From Planctomycetota bacterium (GTDB lineage Bacteria > Planctomycetota > PLA2 > JAEUHO01), in NCBI GenBank assembly GCA_046350655.1, contig JAXMAB010000004.1, positions 25,343-89,342 of the forward strand: a stretch of 64,000 nt of DNA, given 5' to 3'. Positions 1 through 10,116 of this stretch are shown in pieces. Position 1 is the first letter of the stretch. Each line of letters opens with the position of its first letter. A program made the translations under genes and the position numbers. The notes under the pieces are model-generated. The model was not told where the DNA came from, did not search any database, and saw only the letters and a program-made list of their open reading frames with translations.

Positions 1-1
1 C

Positions 2-922
2 GGCACCGCGGAGGCCGAGAAGGCCGTCGCCGCGGCCGAGTCCGACCCGTCCAAGGCCGCGGCCGCCAAGACCGCCGTCGCCGCCGCGATCGAGGCCGAC
101 CCGAAGGCGGTCGCGCCTCGCCTGCTGGAGGCGCGCGTCCTCGCCGTCGAGGCGAAGGGCAAGAAGACGGCGCAGCGCGCGGCGGCCTACGCGCTCGTCT
201 TCGACGCGCTCGCGAAGGCGTCCGAGCTCGACCCGTGGGACCCGGCGCCCTTCAAGCTCAAGTCCGACGTGATGACGGCCATGGGCACGCCCGACCACGA
301 GGCGTACGCCGAGGCCCTGCGCGCGACCGCGATCCGCAGCCCCGGCGACGCGACGGCGCGCGAGGCCTACACGCGCCACACGGGCAAGGTCCCGACGATC
401 GTCGCGGGCGACCCGATGCCGAAGGTGTCGTGGAAGGACGCCGAGGGCAAGGACGTCACGGCGGCCAGCCTCTACGCGAAGGGCGCGGTCGTGATCGAGC
501 TGTACCGCTCGGCGGTCTGGTGCCCGTTCTGCATGAAGCAGCTCATCGTGCTGCACGACAACGTGGACAAGCTCGCCAAGGAGGGCCTCTCGGTCGTCGC
601 GTGCTCGCCGGACACGACGGAGACGATCGCGAAGATCGCCAAGGAAGGCCTCAAGGACAAGAAGCCCTACCGCGTGCCGCTCCTCTCCGACCCCGAGGGC
701 AAGACGGCCGACAAGCTCGGCGTGCTGAACCCCGAGACGGTGAAGCCCGACACGGCGAAGGACGCGTTCGGCCTGCCGTTCCCCACGACGATCATCGTGG
801 ACGGCAAGGGCATCATCCGCTTCGTGAAGACGCACGGCGACCACCGCGACCGCGTCAAGCCCGAGGAGATGATCGCGGTCGGCAAGAAGATCCGCGCGTC
901 CGAGGCCGCCCCGACGAAGTGA
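2..922 (+). CDS. Thioredoxin-fold redoxin (AhpC/TSA-like, single WCPFC CxxC motif) with Ala-rich N-terminal region. 5'-partial: the reading frame is open from the first base of the window.
   Basis: Frame open from window start. Motif WCPFC and the surrounding redoxin-like sequence. Stop at 920-922. Confidence 0.6.
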   Translation, partial: GTAEAEKAVAAAESDPSKAAAAKTAVAAAIEADPKAVAPRLLEARVLAVEAKGKKTAQRAAAYALVFDALAKASELDPWDPAPFKLKSDVMTAMGTPDHEAYAEALRATAIRSPGDATAREAYTRHTGKVPTIVAGDPMPKVSWKDAEGKDVTAASLYAKGAVVIELYRSAVWCPFCMKQLIVLHDNVDKLAKEGLSVVACSPDTTETIAKIAKEGLKDKKPYRVPLLSDPEGKTADKLGVLNPETVKPDTAKDAFGLPFPTTIIVDGKGIIRFVKTHGDHRDRVKPEEMIAVGKKIRASEAAPTK

Positions 923-989
923 CGTCGCGGTCGGAGATTCGGGACCGCGAGGCCCGGCGGCCGCCGGGCCTCGCGCTCCCGGACCCCGG

Positions 990-2171
990 TCATCGGGGCG
1001 TGGCCGCGTCCCGCGCCTCGCGCGCGACGCGACGCGCGGCGGCCGCGTCGGCGCGGTCGGCGTGGCCGAGCTCGCGCAGCGCCCACCAGCTCGCCGTGCC
1101 CTCGTTGACCTCGGTGCGCTCGACCCAGCCCTCCAGCACGCGGAGGGCGGCTTCGTAGGCCTCCTCGCCGAGGTCCTTCGCCAGCCGCGCGAGCGCGACC
1201 CGGTTGGCGTAGTAGCCGCCCGACTCCAGCTCCGCGACGATCCACCGGCGCGCCGCCGTGGCGTCGACCGTCGGCAGGAGCTCGTGCGCCGCGCGCAGCG
1301 CGGGGCGGACGTCCGGGCCCCCGCCCTGGACGTCTCGGGCGAGCAGGAGCAGGGCGTCGAGGCCGACGAGACGGGCCTCCACGGGGACCGACCTCGTCCA
1401 CGTCGCGAGCGCCGCGGCCGCCGTCGCGATCTGGGCCGCCGTCCCGACCGACGCCCCCCAGCCGGGGATCTCGCCGCGCCAGTTCCCCTGGTACCAGTCG
1501 ATCGGCGCCTCGCCGAGCGCCGCGAAGAACGCCTCGCGATGGGCCGGCGCCACGGCGGGACGGACGGGGCCGGGCGGCGCGTACGGATGTTCGGCGAGGA
1601 CCCGCTGCACGTGCTCGACCAGCTCGCCCTCCGACTTCGGGGCGTCGCGGGCGAGCATCGGTCCGCCCGGGTTGATGAGCTGGCGGAGGGCCCAGATCGA
1701 GCCGTCGGCGGCGACGAACCGGGCGGCGGCGTGCGCGCTGCCGACCCCGCCGTAGCGACGCATGCCCGTGTGGTACAGCCGTCCGTCGAGTTCCTCGAGC
1801 CACAGCAGCACGCGGCCGGTGAGCGTCGGCGTGTGGAACCCGGACGTGGGGCGCTTGGACGGCACGAGGCTCGTGTCCGCGTCGAGGTGCCCGGCGACGG
1901 TGCTCGAGAGCCCCCAGACGGCGACGTGGTCCTCGGGCCACGAGCCGCGGAGCCAGCGCACGACGCGGAACTGCGCCTTCGCCGGATCCCAGTCGAAGAG
2001 GCCGACGTGGGACGAGACGGCCGAGACCTGTTCGAGACTGGCCGTCCCGATGATCCCGGCGGACGCCGGGCGCGTCGCCGAGAGCGTGGCGAGCGCCGCG
2101 AGCAGCGCCAGGCCGCGCACGACGAGCCCGCGCGATCGAACGGGGGAACGGACCGGGGCGCCGATCGTCAT
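990..2171 (-). CDS. Secreted hypothetical protein (394 aa). Start ATG at 2171..2169 precedes the signal peptide MTIGAPVRSPVRSRGLVVRGLALLAALATLSA.
   Basis: Protein-like composition begins at this Met. The upstream part of the listed ORF is Arg/Pro-rich junk. Confidence 0.55.
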   Translation of the reverse strand: MTIGAPVRSPVRSRGLVVRGLALLAALATLSATRPASAGIIGTASLEQVSAVSSHVGLFDWDPAKAQFRVVRWLRGSWPEDHVAVWGLSSTVAGHLDADTSLVPSKRPTSGFHTPTLTGRVLLWLEELDGRLYHTGMRRYGGVGSAHAAARFVAADGSIWALRQLINPGGPMLARDAPKSEGELVEHVQRVLAEHPYAPPGPVRPAVAPAHREAFFAALGEAPIDWYQGNWRGEIPGWGASVGTAAQIATAAAALATWTRSVPVEARLVGLDALLLLARDVQGGGPDVRPALRAAHELLPTVDATAARRWIVAELESGGYYANRVALARLAKDLGEEAYEAALRVLEGWVERTEVNEGTASWWALRELGHADRADAAAARRVAREARDAATPR

Positions 2172-2259
2172 CTCTCGTCTCCCGAGCGGAGGTCTCCTGC
2201 GGCCAGCATATCGCGGACCGCCGAGCCCGTGTGGCGCGGCGGTCGCGCCTCCGGCGCGG

Positions 2260-3111
2260 TCAGCGCGGCGGAGTCGCGGCGCGTCGCCAGGTCGCGAGCG
2301 CGATGCCGCCGAGGACGGCCGCGCCCGCCGCGACGAGGCGGAGCGAGGGCGCCTCGCCGAGCACGAAGGTCGCCGCGAGGGCGGCCAGGACCGGCACCGC
2401 GAGCTGCAGGATCGCGGCCCGCGTCGTGCCGAGCGCCGGCAGGACCGTGTACCAGACGACGTACCCGAGGCCCGACAGGCCGGCGCCCGAGGCCGTCGCG
2501 AGCGCGAGGCCCGTCGCGTCGGCCCGGACCGTGCCCGTCGTCCACGCGACCGCGCCGGCGACGAGTGCGAGGGGCAGTGCGCCGAGGAAGGCGGCGGCGG
2601 TCGCGGCGACGGGGTCGCCGGCGCTCCGGCCGAGCAACGAGTACGCACCCCAGGCGACGCCGGCGCCGGCCATCGCGAGGACGCCGACCGGGTCGGGCGC
2701 CGTCGCGCCCGGGAGCGTGAGCGTCGCGAGGCCGCCGAGCGCGAGCGCGAGCCCGGCCCACTGCACGCCCCGCGGCCCGACCCCGGCCCGCACCGCCGCG
2801 ACGAGCATCGTCAGCTGCACCGCGGCGAACAGCACGAGCGCGCCCGGGCCCGCGGGCACGCGGACGTAGGCCCACGAGAACAGCGCGGCGTAGGCGAACA
2901 ACGCGATCGCCCGGGCAGGGCTCCGTCGTCGGTCGCCGCGCGCGCGCCCGCGCGCGAGGACGGCGAGCATCCCGGCGCCCGTCGCGATGCGGACCAGGGT
3001 GAACGTCGCGGGGTCGACGTGGTGGCCCGCGAGCGCGCCGCGGCACAGGATCGAGTTGCCTGCGAACGCGAGCAACGCGCAGCCGGCGAGGAGGGCGGTG
3101 CGGCGGCTCAC
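2260..3111 (-). CDS. DMT/EamA-family transporter (10-TM-like, Ala/Leu/Gly-rich hydrophobic repeats).
   Basis: 283-aa ORF with two internally similar hydrophobic halves, typical of EamA-domain permeases. Confidence 0.7.
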   Translation of the reverse strand: MSRRTALLAGCALLAFAGNSILCRGALAGHHVDPATFTLVRIATGAGMLAVLARGRARGDRRRSPARAIALFAYAALFSWAYVRVPAGPGALVLFAAVQLTMLVAAVRAGVGPRGVQWAGLALALGGLATLTLPGATAPDPVGVLAMAGAGVAWGAYSLLGRSAGDPVAATAAAFLGALPLALVAGAVAWTTGTVRADATGLALATASGAGLSGLGYVVWYTVLPALGTTRAAILQLAVPVLAALAATFVLGEAPSLRLVAAGAAVLGGIALATWRRAATPPR

Positions 3112-3153
3112 GGCCCCCGAGCCTATCCTCCGGTCCGACGACGCGCCCCTCCG

Positions 3154-3954
3154 CTACCCGTCGCGGGGCGCGATCGACTCGAGGCCCGCGTCCGCGAGCC
3201 CGCGCAGCACCTCGAACACCCCGCCGAAGGTCACCCGGCTCCGGAGCGGCGACGGGACGTCGAGCACGGCGTGCTCGACGCGCTCCCCACGCCGCCGCGC
3301 GCCCTCGACGAGCCCTCGCACGTCGGCCCGGGCGGCCCACGCGGTCCGCCACGGGAGCGCGTCGAGGTCCGCGGGGAACGCACCGACGTCGTCGACCGGC
3401 ACGTCCACGACGACGAACCGGACCTCGAGCGTGGCGGCGGCCTCGCCTCCGCCCGCGGCGACCGAGCCGATCCGCACCCAGCCGAGCGGCAGCGTCCAGG
3501 CGTCTCCGATCACATCTGGGAACCCGACGCCCGGTGCGACCGCCATCCACACGCCGTCGTCGGGCGCGTCCGTGCGTGCCAGCCGCAGCGCGCGGTGCCC
3601 GCCTGCTCGCGCGACCCCCACGAGCTCGAGCACCGCGGCCCACGGGACGTCCGGCGCCGCGACCATCTCGACGGGCGCGCCTCGCGACGTCCGGCCGTCG
3701 GTGAGTTCGGCCCGCAACGCCGCGTGCGTCGCCCCGTCCTTCAGGGCGCCGAGCGCCACCGCGCCGCGACCCGGCGCGGCGAGACGCACGCGACCGTCCG
3801 ACGCGATCTCCACGCGGATCGCAGCGCCGTCCGGGGCACGATCCACGGCGTCCGGTACGCGAGGCCCGGTGGCCCGCAGCGCGAGCGACCCGGCGAGCAC
3901 GGCGATCGCGACGAGCGGGAGGGACGCGAGGACTCGGGGTCGGGCGCGTCGCAC
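3154..3954 (-). CDS. Membrane-anchored protein with ExbD/TolR-like biopolymer-transport motif (VPWAAVLELVGVARAGG). GTG start at 3954..3952.
   Basis: N-terminal TM segment LASLPLVAIAVLAGSLAL. The upstream part of the ORF overlaps the divergent DUF3500 gene and is junk-like. Confidence 0.4.
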   Translation of the reverse strand: MRRARPRVLASLPLVAIAVLAGSLALRATGPRVPDAVDRAPDGAAIRVEIASDGRVRLAAPGRGAVALGALKDGATHAALRAELTDGRTSRGAPVEMVAAPDVPWAAVLELVGVARAGGHRALRLARTDAPDDGVWMAVAPGVGFPDVIGDAWTLPLGWVRIGSVAAGGGEAAATLEVRFVVVDVPVDDVGAFPADLDALPWRTAWAARADVRGLVEGARRRGERVEHAVLDVPSPLRSRVTFGGVFEVLRGLADAGLESIAPRDG

Positions 3955-4090
3955 GGGGGTGGAACGTGGGGGATCGTGCGCCGGTTCGGACGGGTTCCCG
4001 ATGGGGGCGCTGGGGGCGGGAGAGGTGGCCCCGGCGCACCGATAGGATCGGAGGGCGCGCCGATCCCCGGGCGCTCGGACGGACCCGCCC

Positions 4091-5191
4091 ATGAAGCCCC
4101 TCGTCGTCGCCGCGCTCGCGGGTTCGATCGTCGTCGCGGTGGCGCTCCTCGCGCCGACGCCCGCGCGCTCCGCGGAGGCCACGTGGCTCGAGGGCATGGC
4201 CCGCGCCGCGCGCGGGTGGCTCGCCGCGCTGCCGCGCACGGACGGCGCGCAGGTCCCGTTCGCGTCGGAGGCGCGACGCGACTGGCACTGCGTCCCGCGC
4301 AGCCGACCGGGCCTCGCGTTGCGCGACATGACCGAGCCCCAGCGGGCCGCCGCGACCGCGCTCCTGCGCGCCGGGCTCTCGACGAAGGGCGCCGACCGCG
4401 CCGCGGCGATCATGGCCCTCGAGTCCGTGCTGGCCGACCTCGAGGGCTCGTCGCGGCGCTTCCGCGACCCGCTGAACTACGCGTTCGTCGTCTTCGGGAC
4501 GCCGGGCGTCGTGCCGTGGGGCTGGCGCGTCGAAGGGCACCATCTCTCCGTGAACGTCACCGTCGCGGCGGAGGGCCGCGCGGCGTTCACGCCGCTGTTC
4601 ACGGGCTCGAACCCCGCGCGGGTGCCGTCGGGCCCGCGGGCGGGCGAGCGCCTCCAGACCGACGAGGTCGAGCTCGCGCTCGCGCTCGTGTCGAGCCTCG
4701 ACGCGCGGCAGCTCGCCGCGGCGACGCTGCGCGGTCGTTCGTTCGGCGACATCGTCGCGGGGCCCGGGCGGCTCGACGCGCTCGCGACGCCGGAGGGGCT
4801 CCTCGCCACGGAGCTCACGGAGGCGCAACGGGCCACGCTCGTGCGGCTGATCGAGACGTACGTGGGCCTCGCGCGCGACGAGTTCGGACGGCCCTACCTC
4901 GAGCTCGTGCGGGCCGGGCTCGACGCGACGCGGTTCGCGTGGGCCGGCGGGACGCGGCACGGCACGGCCTACTACTACCGGGTCCACGGCCCGCGCGTGT
5001 GGATCGAGCTCGACAACACGCAGGGCGGCGGGAACCACGTCCACAGCCTGTGGCGCGACCCCGTCGACGACTTCGGTCGCGACGACCTGCGCGCGCACTA
5101 CGCGGCGGCCGCGCAGGGCCACGGCGGCGTGGCGGACCCCGCGAAGGGCGCGGCGCCCGTCGCGCCGCCGGTGCCCGCCGGACCGCGCTGA
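4091..5191 (+). CDS. Secreted DUF3500-family protein.
   Basis: Signal peptide MKPLVVAALAGSIVVAVALLAPTPARSAEA. EGHHLS motif, which I recall as characteristic of DUF3500 proteins. Confidence 0.6.
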   Translation: MKPLVVAALAGSIVVAVALLAPTPARSAEATWLEGMARAARGWLAALPRTDGAQVPFASEARRDWHCVPRSRPGLALRDMTEPQRAAATALLRAGLSTKGADRAAAIMALESVLADLEGSSRRFRDPLNYAFVVFGTPGVVPWGWRVEGHHLSVNVTVAAEGRAAFTPLFTGSNPARVPSGPRAGERLQTDEVELALALVSSLDARQLAAATLRGRSFGDIVAGPGRLDALATPEGLLATELTEAQRATLVRLIETYVGLARDEFGRPYLELVRAGLDATRFAWAGGTRHGTAYYYRVHGPRVWIELDNTQGGGNHVHSLWRDPVDDFGRDDLRAHYAAAAQGHGGVADPAKGAAPVAPPVPAGPR

Positions 5192-5299
5192 CGGCGCGCG
5201 GGCCTCGCGGTCCCGAGAGGCGGGTCGCCGCGGAGCGGGCGCTCGCGGCGGGAGGACGGCCCGCGCCGCACCGGGCGCGGCGCGGGCCGAGCGACGCGA

Positions 5300-6088
5300 C
5301 TACTTCGGGCCGGGGCCGCCCGGGCCGCCCTCGTGGGCGCGCTTCACGGAGAAGGGCTTCAGCTCGAGGTCGTCGCCCTTGAACGTGACGGTCTGGGGCG
5401 GGAAGTCGCCGGCCTTCTGGATGTCGGCCCAGGTGACCTTCCAGGTGACCGACGTGCCGTCCTCGCTCTTGGTCCCGTCGGTCGAGACGATCGTGCCGGG
5501 CAGCGTGAGCTTGCGCGTGACCTCGAGGTCCTTCATGAAGGGCTCGAGCATCGGCATCATCGCCTTCGCCATCTCGGCGGCGTCGTCCTTGGCGCCCGGC
5601 GCGGCGGGCGCGGCCTCGCCCTGCTTCGTGTTCGACGTGAACTTGAGGGTCCACGAGCCGTCCTCGTTCTTCGTGAGGTCGGCGTTCATCTCCATGCCGG
5701 TCGCGCGCGCGTAGGCCTCGAGGGTCTTGAACTTCGCCTCGACGACGACGTTCGTCTTGCCGTCCTTCTGCTCGGACGTCGCCTTCGTGACCTCGAGCCC
5801 CTCGATGCCCTTCCACTCCTTCTTGAGCTTCTCGAGGGGGTCGTCGTTCGCGGGGCCCTTCTTGGCGTCGCCGGTGGTCGGCGCGTCCTTGCCGCCGCCG
5901 GGAGGCCCGCCGAGGGCGTCCTCGAGGCCCTTCATGGCCGTGAGGTCGAGGACGATGGTCTCGGTGTAGGTGCCGGAGCCGTCGTCGGCGACGGTGACTT
6001 CGTTGGTCTGCTTGATGCAGCCGGCGAGGGTGAACGAAGCGGCGAGCAACATCGCGCCGGCGGTCCGGGCGAAGGGGGAACGCGACAT
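5300..6088 (-). CDS. Lipoprotein (262 aa). Lipobox LAGC. Lys/Glu/Thr-rich mature part.
   Basis: ATG at 6088..6086 followed by MSRSPFARTAGAMLLAASFTLAGC. Composition is very different from the surrounding junk ORFs. Confidence 0.6.
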   Translation of the reverse strand: MSRSPFARTAGAMLLAASFTLAGCIKQTNEVTVADDGSGTYTETIVLDLTAMKGLEDALGGPPGGGKDAPTTGDAKKGPANDDPLEKLKKEWKGIEGLEVTKATSEQKDGKTNVVVEAKFKTLEAYARATGMEMNADLTKNEDGSWTLKFTSNTKQGEAAPAAPGAKDDAAEMAKAMMPMLEPFMKDLEVTRKLTLPGTIVSTDGTKSEDGTSVTWKVTWADIQKAGDFPPQTVTFKGDDLELKPFSVKRAHEGGPGGPGPK

Positions 6089-6216
6089 GGAGGGTCCTCG
6101 AGGGTGGGGGATGGACAACCGCTCCCAGCGTACGGGGCCGCGGCGGCTCTGCCACACGTCGGGCGCGTCCGGGGCCTTCGGGCCGCCCGGCGGGGCCGCG
6201 GACACGGCCCCGCGCG

Positions 6217-7458
6217 TCAGCGGTGCGCCTCGTCGTCGGCGATCAGGGCGGCGGCGACGCGGTCGCACGCGGCGGCCGCGCCGTCGCCGCCCTGGTTGCA
6301 CGTGACGAGGACCGCGAAGTCGCGCGCGGGCGCGAGCCACGCGACGCAGAACCACATCGTGTTGCTGCCGGTGTGCGTCAGGACGCGGCCCCCCGCCCAG
6401 GGCCGCTCCGTCACGACCCACCCGAGGGCGTAGTCGCCGCCGGCGGGCGGCGTGTGCAGGCGCGTGAAGGCCGCGGGCGGCAGCAGGGGCGCCTTCCCCC
6501 GCGCGCCGGCGACGTGGAGGGCGACGAACTTCGCCCAGTCCGCGAGCGTCGCGTGGACGCGGCCCGCCGGCGTGATCGCGGGCGGGTTGTCGCCCGCCGG
6601 GCCCGGCGCGACGGGCGTGCCGTCGCCCGTGTGGCCCCACGGCTGGTCGAGCGCCGCGGCGTCGCCGGGCGCGCCGAACCCCGCGGACGTCATGCCGAGG
6701 GGTCGGAACAGGCGCGCGGCGATCAGCTCCTCGAACGCGGTGCCCGTCGCCCACTCGGCCATCGCACCCGCGAGCGCATACCCGCCGTTGGCGTACTCGA
6801 ACGCGGTCCCGGGCGGGTGCGAGGGCGGGTACGGCAACAGGCCGGACGCGAGCACCTTCCGCGCGTCGCGCGGCGGGCCGCGGTGGGCCCACAACGTCGC
6901 CCACAGTCCGTGCGCGTCGAGCGACGTCGGCACGCCGCCGCGATGCTGCAGCAGGCGCTCGAGCGTCGCGCCCTTCCAGCCCGCGTCCGGCTTCGCGACG
7001 ACCGGCGCGAGCGCGACCACGACCTCGTCGTCCCACGCGAGGCGCCGCTCCTCCACGAGCATCGCGCAGAGCGTGGCGGTCATCGCCTTCGTGCACGACC
7101 CGAGGTGCCACCGGTCGTCGGTCGTGACGGGCGCCGCGGCGCCGCGCTTGCGGACGCCGTCCACGCCGAGCGCGACGACGGCGCCGCCGCGCACGATCGC
7201 GCCGCCCATCGCGGGCACGCCGGCCGCGGTCCGGATCGGGCGCAGGAGCGCCGCGAGGTCGCGCGGGGCCTTCGCGCGCGCCGGCGGCGCGTCCGCGGCC
7301 TCCGACCGCGCGCCGCCCGTCGGCCCCGCGAGGAGCGCGAGTGCGAGCATGCCGGCGAGCCCGACCCCACGGCGGGGCGCGATCCGGGTCCCGGGACGCA
7401 AGGCCCGCGCGCCTCCCGGGGCCGACGACGGCGGGCGAACGGCGGCGGTCGGGGTCAT
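6217..7458 (-). CDS. Serine hydrolase of the beta-lactamase/transpeptidase-like family. SxxK motif is GSCTKAM. Secreted.
   Basis: ATG at 7458..7456 (MTPTAAV...). Signal-like LAGMLALALLAG. Motifs SCTK and YANGGY. Confidence 0.7.
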   Translation of the reverse strand: MTPTAAVRPPSSAPGGARALRPGTRIAPRRGVGLAGMLALALLAGPTGGARSEAADAPPARAKAPRDLAALLRPIRTAAGVPAMGGAIVRGGAVVALGVDGVRKRGAAAPVTTDDRWHLGSCTKAMTATLCAMLVEERRLAWDDEVVVALAPVVAKPDAGWKGATLERLLQHRGGVPTSLDAHGLWATLWAHRGPPRDARKVLASGLLPYPPSHPPGTAFEYANGGYALAGAMAEWATGTAFEELIAARLFRPLGMTSAGFGAPGDAAALDQPWGHTGDGTPVAPGPAGDNPPAITPAGRVHATLADWAKFVALHVAGARGKAPLLPPAAFTRLHTPPAGGDYALGWVVTERPWAGGRVLTHTGSNTMWFCVAWLAPARDFAVLVTCNQGGDGAAAACDRVAAALIADDEAHR

Positions 7459-7496
7459 GGCGCTCCGGAGGGGCCGCGTCGCGCGCGGCGGACGGG

Positions 7497-7856
7497 TCAG
7501 ACGAGCCGCGTGAAGCCGCCGTACGCCATGCGGTCCGGGTCGAACGGCATGGGGCCGAGGTCGTCGGAGCACATCGCGGGGTCGGCCAGCGCGCGCTTCA
7601 TCACGCGGTCGCGGTGCGCCCGCGACTTGTACCCGATCACCGCGGTGACGACGGTCTCGCCGCGCTTCGCCTTGGCCATCGCGGGGAACTTCACCCCGGG
7701 GAACTCCGGGTGGAGGTCTTCGCCCACGTACTCGCGGTACTCGAGCGCGCCGTGGCGGAGGAACACGGTCCGTCCGAGGAGCGCCCACTTCTTGTAGGCG
7801 GCGATGCGCCGCTTCGCGATCGGCATCACGAAGACGTCGACGTAGGGACTTTCCAC
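7497..7856 (-). CDS. DUF1428-family protein.
   Basis: 119 aa. MESPYVDVFVMPIAKRRIAAYKKWA matches my recollection of the conserved N-terminus of DUF1428 proteins. Confidence 0.65.
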   Translation of the reverse strand: MESPYVDVFVMPIAKRRIAAYKKWALLGRTVFLRHGALEYREYVGEDLHPEFPGVKFPAMAKAKRGETVVTAVIGYKSRAHRDRVMKRALADPAMCSDDLGPMPFDPDRMAYGGFTRLV

Positions 7857-7908
7857 GGGAACTCCTTGGCGGGTGGGGGCGGGTGAGGTGGGGTGCGGCG
7901 CGACGCGG

Positions 7909-8274
7909 TCAGGCGAAGTGCCAGCAGACGCCGGCGGGGTCGATGAGGTGCACCTCGCGCTGGCCCCACGGGAACGTCGTGGGGGGCTTCGCGCGCGCGC
8001 CCGGGTAGCGGTCGAGCACGCCGGACGACGTCACGTGGGCCCACCACGCGTCGAGGTCGTCCGTCCGGACGAACATCATCGTGTTGGCCTGCACGTGGTC
8101 GTCGTGGAACGCCTGCAGGAGGAACGCGGCGTCGCCGTGTCGCAACTCGGCGAGCCCGGGGACCTCCCACGCGACCTCGAAGCCGAGGTCGCGGAAGAAC
8201 GCGAGCGACGTCGCGAAGTCCTGGCCCGCGGGCACGAACGGCTTCACGGCCGACAGGCGGGGTCCCGACGACAT
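7909..8274 (-). CDS. VOC/glyoxalase-bleomycin-resistance-family protein.
   Basis: ATG at 8274..8272 (MSSGPRLSAVKPFVPAG...). FRDLGFEVAWE and FVRTDDLDAWW motifs fit the VOC fold. Confidence 0.6.
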   Translation of the reverse strand: MSSGPRLSAVKPFVPAGQDFATSLAFFRDLGFEVAWEVPGLAELRHGDAAFLLQAFHDDHVQANTMMFVRTDDLDAWWAHVTSSGVLDRYPGARAKPPTTFPWGQREVHLIDPAGVCWHFA

Positions 8275-8417
8275 GGCGTCCTCCGAGGGCGCGCGCACCT
8301 TACCCGGCCCGCGGGGTCGGCGCCCGGAGGCCATGGGTCGCCGGACCGGGCGGCGGTACGCGAGGCCCGCACGCGCGCGGGCCTCGCGGTCGCGGTCCCG
8401 GGTCGCCCCGCCGGAAG

Positions 8418-9386
8418 GTGGCCGGCGGTACGATGTCCGCGGAGGCTGGCATGGACCTGCGCGCGTTCTCGCTGGGGCTCGGGATCGGCGGAGTGCTCGC
8501 GGGCGGCGCCCTCGTGTGGAGCCGGGGAGGGACGGCCGAGACCGTCACCCCCACGGAGGCCGGCGGCTCGGCCGCGACCGCGGACGCCGTGTCGGACCGG
8601 TTGGACGCCCGGCTCGCGCGGATCGAACGGTGGATGCAAGCGCAGTCGGACGCAGGTGGGACGACGCGAGCGGACGGGGCGGCGGACGCGCCGGGGGTGA
8701 CCGTCACGGCGGCTCCGCCGCTCGCATCGGCCGGGGCGCCGGCGGGCGCGGCGAGCGGCCCCGCGGAGCCGATCCCGGCACCGCGGGCGACCGAGTCCAC
8801 GCCCGTCGAGCCGAGCGCCGCGTTCGTCGATGTGGTGCTCGAGGCGATGGAGCGCGCGGAGGTGCGCCGCGAACAGCGCCGCGACCCCGCGGACGCGCTC
8901 CGCAGCGCGAACCGACGCCTCAACGAGGAGAAGGACCCGGCCAGCGCCGTGAAACTCCTGCAGGGGCTCCTCGCGCGCACGGATGTCCCGGACGCGGTGC
9001 GCCGCGACGCGAGGCTCCAACTGTCGATCGCGCAGCGATCGTCCAAGGACGTGGCGGGCGCCGAGCGGACGCTGGCGGCGCTGCTCGACGAGACGCCGAC
9101 GGGCGATCCACGGAGGGATTGGCTGCGGTACCAGCAGGTGTGGAACCTCTCGGAACTCGGGCGCGCGGCCGACGCGCTCGCGTTGGCGGACGACTGCGCT
9201 CGGAGCGCGAGCAACGAGGACGCACGGTGGCAGGCGATGTACGCCGTCGCGCTCGTCGCACGCACGGCGGGCGACGCCGTGCGCGCGCAGGCGGCGTTCG
9301 ACGCGATCGGCCGCGGGGCGGAGAGCAACGGGAGGGCGCGCCGACTGCACCAAGAACTGGTGGGCCTGGGCTTCGTGGCGCGCTGA
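8418..9386 (+). CDS. Membrane-anchored hypothetical protein with TPR-like C-terminal helices.
   Basis: N-terminal TM LGLGIGGVLAGGALVW. Balanced composition. Confidence 0.45.
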   Translation: MAGGTMSAEAGMDLRAFSLGLGIGGVLAGGALVWSRGGTAETVTPTEAGGSAATADAVSDRLDARLARIERWMQAQSDAGGTTRADGAADAPGVTVTAAPPLASAGAPAGAASGPAEPIPAPRATESTPVEPSAAFVDVVLEAMERAEVRREQRRDPADALRSANRRLNEEKDPASAVKLLQGLLARTDVPDAVRRDARLQLSIAQRSSKDVAGAERTLAALLDETPTGDPRRDWLRYQQVWNLSELGRAADALALADDCARSASNEDARWQAMYAVALVARTAGDAVRAQAAFDAIGRGAESNGRARRLHQELVGLGFVAR

Positions 9387-9578
9387 CCGACGGCGGGACG
9401 ACGGACGCGCGGTTCGCGAGGTCCGGCTCGCGGGCGGACGGGCGCGTGCGGACGCACGGGCCCGTCGGTCCCCCGGGTCAACCGCTCGGCGGGCCCGCCC
9501 GGAACGAGCCCCCTTGTTCCAGGCCGCGAGTTCGCTAGGGTGAGATTCGGGACCGAGGCGGTCCCGAGGAGCGTCGTC

Positions 9579-9941
9579 ATGCAGCACAAGACCGAGCACA
9601 AGGCGTTCGCGAAGGCCGACGAGGTGCGTTCGTTCCCGAACGGTCGCGCGGAGATCCTCAAGATCGGCGGGGCCGAAGTGGGCCGGCTCACGTTCCAGCC
9701 GGGTTGGAAGTGGTCGAAGGACGTGAAGCCGCTCGCGAACACGAAGTCGTGCGAGGCGCCGCACTTTCAGTACCACGTGAGCGGCAAGCTCGGGATCCGC
9801 ATGGACGACGGGACCGAGTTCATCGCGGGCCCCGGCGACATCACGTCGCTGCCGTGCGGCCATGACGCGTGGGTCGTCGGGAACGAGCCCGTCGTCGTCG
9901 TGGACTGGTACGGCGCGAGCGCGTACGCGAAGGGGAAGTAG
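9579..9941 (+). CDS. Cupin-domain protein.
   Basis: MQHKTEHKAF... Motifs HFQYHVSG and PCGHDAWVVGNEP are typical of a cupin beta-barrel. Confidence 0.6.
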   Translation: MQHKTEHKAFAKADEVRSFPNGRAEILKIGGAEVGRLTFQPGWKWSKDVKPLANTKSCEAPHFQYHVSGKLGIRMDDGTEFIAGPGDITSLPCGHDAWVVGNEPVVVVDWYGASAYAKGK

Positions 9942-10116
9942 CGGCGTGACGAGGTCCGCGGGGCGTCCGGGTCGCGTTCGGCCCCTCGCCTCGCGGACGT
10001 CACGTCCCGTGCGCCGCGGCGTCGCCTCGCGGGCGAGCGGGCCTCGCGTCCCCGCGACGGGGACCGCGTCCCCGGGGCTCCCGTCCGACCACGCGCCGGT
10101 CCCGTACACTCCGCGC

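Noticed and set aside
1062-5382. Very long ORFs (1062..2720 plus strand, 1762..5382 plus strand, 2168..5122 minus strand) with extreme Arg/Pro/Gly/Ala content.
   Set aside because: They are antisense or shadow ORFs typical of 72% GC DNA. There are no signal peptides or domain motifs. They overlap well-supported genes on the other strand.
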